From the NCBI GenBank assembly GCA_002504905.1, contig DATY01000006.1:36370-100369 (forward strand): a DNA stretch of 64,000 nt. Direction: 5' to 3'. Positions 57,581 through 64,000 of the stretch are shown piece after piece. This stretch comes from Euryarchaeota archaeon UBA605 (GTDB taxonomy: Archaea; Thermoplasmatota; Poseidoniia; Poseidoniales; Thalassarchaeaceae). Both the position numbers and the translations under genes were made by a program. Every line of letters starts with the position of its first letter. The first letter of the stretch is position 1. Below the pieces are notes generated by a model. That model saw only the letters and a list, made by a program, of their open reading frames with translations, ran no database searches and was not told where the DNA came from.

Positions 57581-59362
57581 TTAAGCGCCTTCGTACATTG
57601 CTTCTATCTCAGTGGCCCAATTTTCTCTAATTTGAATTCTTCTGATTTTTAGAGTCGGAGTCAGCTCACCAAAGTCAACACTAAGATCTCTCGGTAATAT
57701 CTTAAATTTCTTAATTTGTTCAGGATTACTAAATTGTCCATTTAGTTCTGAAACATGTGCCTGCATTTCCGCATGAATTTCTTCACTATCTGTATAATCT
57801 GACAGAGTCTTTCCTAAACTTTCCAGTGTTGAGATTTGAACTGCAGGATCTTTTGGTATTTTTGCTGGATCCATGCCATGTTTATCTCTCAGAATAGCTC
57901 CTACATCTAATGTGAATAGAGCACTACAATATTTTCTTCCATCGCCAATTAGCATACATTGAGAAACCATTGGAATTGACTTCATAGTCTCTTCAATCAC
58001 GAGAGGTGCGATATTTTTGCCTCCAGAACTCACATACAATTCTTTTATCCTTCCAGTAATTTTTACATATCCATCTGAATCTATTTCACCTTTGTCTCCA
58101 GAATGTAGCCATCCTTCGGAATCTATTGTGTCTGCGGTTGCTTCAGGATTTTTGTAATATCCTTTCATGATATGCCTTCCTCTGAATAGAATCTCTCCTG
58201 AGTCAGAAATCTTTAATTCTGTGCCGCTAAATGGTTTTCCAACAGTACCAAATTTATGATTTTTCTTGTAACCTAAACTTGCACCAGCTGTAGTTTCAGT
58301 CATTCCATATCCCTCATATAATGGAATATCAAGTGTATGGAATAATCTTAGAATATCTGGATTAATAGGTGCAGCACCAGTAATTGCATATACGCAATTA
58401 GACATTCCAATCGCTTCTTTTGCTTTATTTTTGATTATTCCACCTAGAATCGGAACTTTAGCCAATTTTATCTTCCCTCCAAGTTTCGCAACTAAATTAC
58501 TGTATACTTTTTCATAAATTCTAGGTACTCCAATGAATAAATGAGGCTGTACTTCTTTTGCAACATCAATTACATTCAATGGTGCATCTACAACTGTCAT
58601 ATGAAGCCCCCATCTAATATGTGCATGACAATCTACTAGTTGGCCGAAAACGTGAGCGCATGGTAACCATGAAACATATTTCCATCCTCTTTCGAATTCT
58701 TGTAATTTCCAAACTTCAGCAAGTTCGAAATCAATATTGTCATGGCTTAATTCTACTCCTTTTGGATTTCCAGTAGTACCAGATGTATAGATCAATGAAA
58801 AAGTATCATCAGGCGTAATACTTGAGACTCTTTCTTCAATTTTTGAATAATCGACATCTGCACCTTTGTTGATGAAATCCGACCAAGAAATACTCTTAGG
58901 ATGTTCCGGCATATCTACTCCATCCATTACTACTACACATTCTACCTTGTCTAATTTATCCATTATTTCATGCAATCTGTAAGCACACATTTTCTCTTTG
59001 TTGCCTCCATCCATTGGGTTATCTCCAACAAATACAACTTTTGAATCTGAATTTCCTACAACCCACTCAACTTCTTCAGGAGAGCATGTATGGTAAACTC
59101 CAACCGCTGCCCCATTACACATATTAGCAGCATGGTAAGATGTATACCACTCGATTCTATTGTAAGAGTAGATACTTAATTTGTCTCCTTCATTGAATCC
59201 CATAGCAATTAGAGATTTTGCTACAGAAGCAGTTTGATCATGAAATTCAGACCAATTTATATCGTTCCATTCGCCATTAGAACCTTTAGTAGTTATTGCT
59301 GTTTCATTTCCATAATTCTTTGCATTTGCCATCAGGTATTCGGGTGTTGTCATAGCAGACAT
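57581..59362 (-). CDS. Long-chain acyl-CoA synthetase
   Basis: IYTSGTTGNPKG, EGYGMTET, GWLHSGD, GRIKE and GELTPTLK motifs. Confidence 0.93.
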   Translation of the reverse strand: MSAMTTPEYLMANAKNYGNETAITTKGSNGEWNDINWSEFHDQTASVAKSLIAMGFNEGDKLSIYSYNRIEWYTSYHAANMCNGAAVGVYHTCSPEEVEWVVGNSDSKVVFVGDNPMDGGNKEKMCAYRLHEIMDKLDKVECVVVMDGVDMPEHPKSISWSDFINKGADVDYSKIEERVSSITPDDTFSLIYTSGTTGNPKGVELSHDNIDFELAEVWKLQEFERGWKYVSWLPCAHVFGQLVDCHAHIRWGLHMTVVDAPLNVIDVAKEVQPHLFIGVPRIYEKVYSNLVAKLGGKIKLAKVPILGGIIKNKAKEAIGMSNCVYAITGAAPINPDILRLFHTLDIPLYEGYGMTETTAGASLGYKKNHKFGTVGKPFSGTELKISDSGEILFRGRHIMKGYYKNPEATADTIDSEGWLHSGDKGEIDSDGYVKITGRIKELYVSSGGKNIAPLVIEETMKSIPMVSQCMLIGDGRKYCSALFTLDVGAILRDKHGMDPAKIPKDPAVQISTLESLGKTLSDYTDSEEIHAEMQAHVSELNGQFSNPEQIKKFKILPRDLSVDFGELTPTLKIRRIQIRENWATEIEAMYEGA

Positions 59363-59430
59363 GAGACTTGACAGTGGATATCTTGACTTAATTGTTTACT
59401 AGTGTAGTAATTGGAACTTAGTATGATTTA

Positions 59431-60180
59431 CTACACTAAAGTACTATTTTTTGGTAGAACATTTCTAATATTTTCTTTCCAATCTCTTCCTTTATTTCTG
59501 TTAGCTAAGGGGGATGCTGGAGAAGGATGCCAACAGGTAACAATTTCCACATCCAAATGTTCCAATGCCTTTTTTGCTCTTTTTTCAGCATATCTACCCA
59601 CACCTATCACTCTCTTAATACCCATAATTTCAACAACTTGGACTAAGTGTTCATCGCATTTTTCAAGTAATTCTTTTACTATCTCTCCAGATATTCTATC
59701 AGGAGTGATGTTTGTTCCTCTTTCTCCAGTGAAAAGCATCAATGGACAATGATTAACGATGAATATATTGGAAAAGATTTCTTCTAAACTGCCATAGTAT
59801 TCTTCTAAAATGCCCCATATTCGAGTTCCCGAGATTTCTTCTTTATGCCAATCTAAACCTGTTACTGGTCTTTTTGGATGAATCTTTTTTGGTTGTAAGA
59901 CTTCTAAATCCTTTATTCCTAATAAATCTCTTACAACACTGGTTGCTGAGAAAGGAATACCCATTTGTCCCATCCCGTGAGGGCCTGGATTCATCCCTAA
60001 TAGGAGTGTTTTTGCACCTTTTGAACCACCTAATTCGATGAACGCTTTATGTGGTTCCCAGGCATAAATTAGTGGATTATAGGAATAATCTACTAAACCA
60101 TTTTCTACTAATAAATTACCCAATGGTTCAACTTCATCTCTTAGATTTTCAGCTGCCGATATAAGTTCATTTATGACCAT
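59431..60180 (-). CDS. SMUG1-type (family 3) uracil-DNA glycosylase
   Basis: YNPLIYAW, GMNPGPHGMGQMGIPF, EISGTRIW, NHCPL, NITP and HPSPASP motifs. Confidence 0.9.
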   Translation of the reverse strand: MVINELISAAENLRDEVEPLGNLLVENGLVDYSYNPLIYAWEPHKAFIELGGSKGAKTLLLGMNPGPHGMGQMGIPFSATSVVRDLLGIKDLEVLQPKKIHPKRPVTGLDWHKEEISGTRIWGILEEYYGSLEEIFSNIFIVNHCPLMLFTGERGTNITPDRISGEIVKELLEKCDEHLVQVVEIMGIKRVIGVGRYAEKRAKKALEHLDVEIVTCWHPSPASPLANRNKGRDWKENIRNVLPKNSTLV

Positions 60181-60187
60181 ATTATCA

Positions 60188-60652
60188 CTACTGTTTCACA
60201 TCTCTAATTTCTGCGTTACTAATTTCTTTAAGTTCATGTGGAGTAATTGGAAATACAGTATCTGCAGTCCCTCCAGCTCCCCAGACTAGATCATATCTGA
60301 ATAAGTCTTCATCAATGATTATTTTTGTATCTTTAAGATGCCCGAAAGGTGGAACTCCTCCTACCTCATATCCAGTCTTTTCTAGAACATATTCGGGTGT
60401 GGCTTGACTGGGTTTATACCCCAATATTCTCTTCAGTTTCTTCTTTCTATCAACTCTATTGGAGCCGGAAGTGATTACAATAATTGCTAATTCTCGACCT
60501 TGAAATACTATTGATTTAGCAATATGAGATACGTCACATTGCAGCTGTCTCGCAGCGTCTTCTGATGTTCTTGTGCCCTCTTTATATCTCCTCGGTCTGG
60601 CATCGAAATTGATTTTGGAACATTCTCTCATCCATATCTGATGTCCATCCAT
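60188..60652 (-). CDS. YbaK/EbsC aminoacyl-tRNA deacylase family
   Basis: TRTSEDAA, IAKSIVF, TGYEVGGVPPFGH and VWGAGG motifs. Confidence 0.9.
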   Translation of the reverse strand: MDGHQIWMRECSKINFDARPRRYKEGTRTSEDAARQLQCDVSHIAKSIVFQGRELAIIVITSGSNRVDRKKKLKRILGYKPSQATPEYVLEKTGYEVGGVPPFGHLKDTKIIIDEDLFRYDLVWGAGGTADTVFPITPHELKEISNAEIRDVKQ

Positions 60653-60734
60653 ATTATATTCATGACAGGATTAGCATAAAAGTTGTTTCCACTTCCGCAT
60701 TGTTGATGAATCATTGTCGTGCGCAGGATGCCTA

Positions 60735-62135
60735 ATGAATTGGCCAATTGGACCTTATGGAACTTCTATGGGGGCTCTATTACTTTTCACTTTACCAATA
60801 CATTATTTCTTGACAAGAGATGAAAAAGATAGACGTGTTTCACTGGCAGATATACCAAAAGAAATCAAAGAAAAGGGATACTGGTGGCATATTCTACTAT
60901 ATTTGTTAATGTTTTTTTACAAAGCAATTATCGACTATCATAACGAACCAATGAAGGCCAGAGTTGGAGGATTCACACATTGGATATATGAACTGGAGGG
61001 AGATTGGACAAATCATTTACAGGAGTTTTTTCTAAATGATACTTTAACAAATCTCTTATCTGGACATTATTTATTCATGTATTTATTCATGATATGGTTT
61101 TCACCAATGTACTACATTTTATGTCGTGATGAAATTATGGCAGATAAGGCTGCGTTGAATTATTTTGTAATTTATCTACTAAGCGTCCCCCTTTACCTAT
61201 TTTTCAATGTCGAAGTAACATCTACCTATCTCGCTGATATGGATGCACTTCTATATCATGACTCATTTACTCTTGCCTTTTTCACCGATAACGACCCTAT
61301 GGATAATGCAATACCAAGTCTACATGTAGGTTTACCAATCAGCTTACTAATCATCAATAGACTGCACTGTCGAAAATTAGGTATAGATTTCAAAGACTGG
61401 AGACATAGAGAGTTTGATTATTTCATTCAATTTAATGTAATAATTTATCTATTTTCGATACAGTATTTAGGTATTCATTGGTTTGTTGATATAATTCCTG
61501 GAATTATTTTAGCTGTAATAACATCGTCATTTGTTCATGCTGTTCAACCAGTAGTCCGCGCTAGAACTGAGAATGGTTTGATTTCTTTACTTCCAGATAG
61601 AAATCAAGTATTATCTTCAATATTAATTATATTAATTTGTTCTACATGGTTAGTAGTCGGCGTAATTGACGGTTCTGGAACGGATGAGGATGAAGCAAAT
61701 ATGAGATTTGGAGTAGGTGATATAAACTTGGACACTATCGAAGTGCACAGTCTTTGGGACCCTGTGATTGTAGATGTTTACAATGTAGGAGATTATGATG
61801 TCGAGGTACTATTGATTCAGAGAGACTTTGTTGAAGATTATGCTGAGAAAGGTATTTTTAATTGGAATAAAATCATTTCATATGGGAACTTATCCGTAGT
61901 TGAAGTTAATAGTTCTTTGAAGTTGACAATTATTCCGGATAATTTGTTCGATGTCAATATTTTATTGGTAAGATTATCATCTTCTGATAACATTCAAGAG
62001 GATTCTATAGGGGAGGTAAGAATAGTTTCGAATTATGTTGATGATGAATTAATTTATACTGGGTTTCTGGTAAGTTTTCCTGCATTCATTATTACTGGAA
62101 TTGTTTTAGAAGGTTTTTACAATCGTAGATATTAG
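60735..62135 (+). CDS. PAP2 / IPC-synthase-like membrane protein with an extracellular extension
   Basis: NAIPSLHVG and YLGIHWFVDIIPG motifs; paralogue of 6487-8580. Confidence 0.78.
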   Translation: MNWPIGPYGTSMGALLLFTLPIHYFLTRDEKDRRVSLADIPKEIKEKGYWWHILLYLLMFFYKAIIDYHNEPMKARVGGFTHWIYELEGDWTNHLQEFFLNDTLTNLLSGHYLFMYLFMIWFSPMYYILCRDEIMADKAALNYFVIYLLSVPLYLFFNVEVTSTYLADMDALLYHDSFTLAFFTDNDPMDNAIPSLHVGLPISLLIINRLHCRKLGIDFKDWRHREFDYFIQFNVIIYLFSIQYLGIHWFVDIIPGIILAVITSSFVHAVQPVVRARTENGLISLLPDRNQVLSSILIILICSTWLVVGVIDGSGTDEDEANMRFGVGDINLDTIEVHSLWDPVIVDVYNVGDYDVEVLLIQRDFVEDYAEKGIFNWNKIISYGNLSVVEVNSSLKLTIIPDNLFDVNILLVRLSSSDNIQEDSIGEVRIVSNYVDDELIYTGFLVSFPAFIITGIVLEGFYNRRY

Positions 62136-62539
62136 AAAATATTGAATGCTATTATTCCACCGATATACAATCCTGACATCGATCCTAATGCTAACCAGAT
62201 ACCAATTCTAAATGGAGGGAAATTATATTGCCAAAGGTACATTGATTGACCCAGCCAAGTCAAAATAACCACTGCTATACCATAAAATCCAAAGAAGAAT
62301 CTAAACGAATAGAAGAATAACAACCCTAGTAGATACCCTATGTATAATTCTGTTTTATTCCCATATTTTTCTGATAAAAGAAAACAAAATAAGCCTAAAA
62401 TAGCTAAAATAAATACTGGAAATAAAAGATTTCTTCTAGTGAAAAAATCTATTTCAAAAAGATATGGGATGAATGCTAGAATAAAACCACTTAGTGAGGG
62501 AATAGCCACTGGCCATAGAGGAGCAGACTCCCACTTCAT
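62132..62539 (-). CDS. Small multi-TM hypothetical protein
   Basis: 135 aa, highly hydrophobic; converges on the PAP2 gene. Confidence 0.65.
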   Translation of the reverse strand: MKWESAPLWPVAIPSLSGFILAFIPYLFEIDFFTRRNLLFPVFILAILGLFCFLLSEKYGNKTELYIGYLLGLLFFYSFRFFFGFYGIAVVILTWLGQSMYLWQYNFPPFRIGIWLALGSMSGLYIGGIIAFNIF

Positions 62540-62624
62540 GATATGCCGGACCCGTATCTAGCATATAATACTCTGAATGGTCTCTTACGTCTCATTCATC
62601 AATAAGAATAGTCTCCGCTCAAAC

Positions 62625-63530
62625 ATGTCGAAAGGCGAAATTGTACTTGGATGTCTTGCACCGCACCCTCCGCATCTAGTTTATGCAGAGAACCCACCTC
62701 AAAATGAGGCCTTTAGCGAGGGAGGTTGGGAAACTCTTCGCTGGGGTTATGCCAAACTAGCGAGAAAATTGAAAACAATTGATTATGATGCCATAGTAAT
62801 TTTCACTCCACATTGGCAAACATACATTGGAACACATTTCCTAGGTCTTCCAGAATTTAAATCGAAATCAGTTGATCCAGTTTTCCCTAATTTGTTTAGA
62901 TATAATTATGATCTCAAGGTTGATGTTGAATTAGCCGAAGCAATGCATGAAGAAACCGCAAAATCCGGAATAATTACTAAAATGATGAGAAATCCAGATT
63001 TCAGAGTAGATTATGGAACCATAACTTCATGTCATTTATTGAATCCTAGTTGGGACAAACCTATAGTTACAATATCAAGTAATCGTAATTCTCACTATTA
63101 TTCTAACGAAGTTATGATTGAACAAGCCAAGGCATTGGGAGAAGCTTGTATGAGGGCCATTGAGAAAAGTGGTAAGAAAGTAGTCTTAGTTAGTAGCCAC
63201 AGTCTCAGTCATCGTCATTTTGTAACTGAAGCGCCCTTACCAGAAGATATGAGTAGAGAACATATTTACAATCATAGCCAGTATGTTTGGGATATGAAAA
63301 TTATTGATATGTTCAGGAATGGTCAGATGCAAGAAGTAGTCGATATTATGCCAGAGTATACTGAACAGACCATTGCTGAAACTGAAGCAGGTGGCTTAAT
63401 CTGGATGATGGCTGCCATGGGTGTACCAAGTTATCCTGCTGAAATTTATGGTTATCAATCAGTTATTGGAACTGGTAATTGTATAGCTTGCTGGGATCCA
63501 AATAATGAAACTAGGGAGTTAGTACTCTAA
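62625..63530 (+). CDS. amnB: 2-aminophenol 1,6-dioxygenase beta (catalytic) subunit-like, LigB family
   Basis: APHPPHLVYAENPPQNE...GGWETLRW, TPHW, SVDPVFPNLFRY, MMRNPDFRVDYGTIT, LSHRH, PEDMSRE and VIGTGN are characteristic of AmnB. Confidence 0.88.
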   Translation: MSKGEIVLGCLAPHPPHLVYAENPPQNEAFSEGGWETLRWGYAKLARKLKTIDYDAIVIFTPHWQTYIGTHFLGLPEFKSKSVDPVFPNLFRYNYDLKVDVELAEAMHEETAKSGIITKMMRNPDFRVDYGTITSCHLLNPSWDKPIVTISSNRNSHYYSNEVMIEQAKALGEACMRAIEKSGKKVVLVSSHSLSHRHFVTEAPLPEDMSREHIYNHSQYVWDMKIIDMFRNGQMQEVVDIMPEYTEQTIAETEAGGLIWMMAAMGVPSYPAEIYGYQSVIGTGNCIACWDPNNETRELVL

Positions 63531-63539
63531 GGTGATTAA

Positions 63540-64000
63540 ATGAGTGAAGATTCACAAATTCTTTTCGGACTTTATGTCCCACCCCATCCTCAGCCTTTAC
63601 TTTCGCCAGATGCAAATCCTGGATACGCAAATTTACGTGCTGCATTTGATACATGCAGAAAAAGAATAGAAGAATCAGATGCAGATATAATTCTGGTCTA
63701 TTCAACCACATGGCCAAGTGTTGTAGGGCATCAGATTCAAGCACTCAAAGAATCAATTTGGACTCATGTTGATGATGATTTCCATTATCTTGGTAGTATG
63801 CCATATAACTTCCATATAGATACTGATTTTGCTTATGAGTATTGTTCGGCAGCAGAAAAAAGAGGTCTACATGCTAGAACTGTAGAGTATGAGGGTTTTC
63901 CGATAGATACAGGATCAGTAGTTGCTCTTAGTTTACTCAATCCTGACAATAGAATTCCTGCATGTATTGTTTCAAGTAATATGTATGCAAATCGTTCAGA
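63540..64000 (+). CDS. amnA: 2-aminophenol 1,6-dioxygenase alpha subunit-like (partial; missing from the ORF track)
   Basis: GGTGA SD then ATG 63540: MSEDSQILFGLYVPPHPQPLL...ILVYSTTW...HVDDDF...LHARTVEYEGFPIDTG...SSNMY, open to the window end. Confidence 0.85.
   Translation, partial: MSEDSQILFGLYVPPHPQPLLSPDANPGYANLRAAFDTCRKRIEESDADIILVYSTTWPSVVGHQIQALKESIWTHVDDDFHYLGSMPYNFHIDTDFAYEYCSAAEKRGLHARTVEYEGFPIDTGSVVALSLLNPDNRIPACIVSSNMYANRS

Noticed and set aside
1-64000. CRISPR arrays, IS elements, defence systems, rRNA genes
   Set aside because: No regularly spaced repeats, transposase/integrase motifs or rRNA-like sequence were seen on reading.

Overview
AT-rich, gene-dense archaeal chromosome segment. 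Archaeal informational genes (Cdc6/Orc1, PCNA, TFS, Nop5, fibrillarin, Bud32, DUF359 dephospho-CoA kinase) are mixed with many bacterial-type catabolic genes, a pattern most consistent with Marine Group II Thermoplasmatota (Poseidoniales); this taxon call is an inference. The window holds about 55 CDS and two tRNA-Gly genes, with no CRISPR array, transposase or prophage seen. Main highlights: (1) an unannotated ~310-nt intergenic RNA at 26872-27181 that folds into four tandem hairpins with H/ACA guide architecture (pocket plus K-turn, terminal ACA box); one pocket matches 23S rRNA helix 69 and another matches the peptidyl-transferase loop. (2) A compact Box-type (benzoyl-CoA epoxidase) aromatic degradation cluster with a single-domain BoxC-like gene, an unknown partner gene and no boxA, plus a separate amnBA-like ring-cleavage dioxygenase. 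(3) A degenerate TBP-fold paralogue. (4) A cysteine-free Mrp/Nbp35 whose CxxC loop is replaced by an Ig-like segment. All calls come from reading motifs by eye; no database searches were run.
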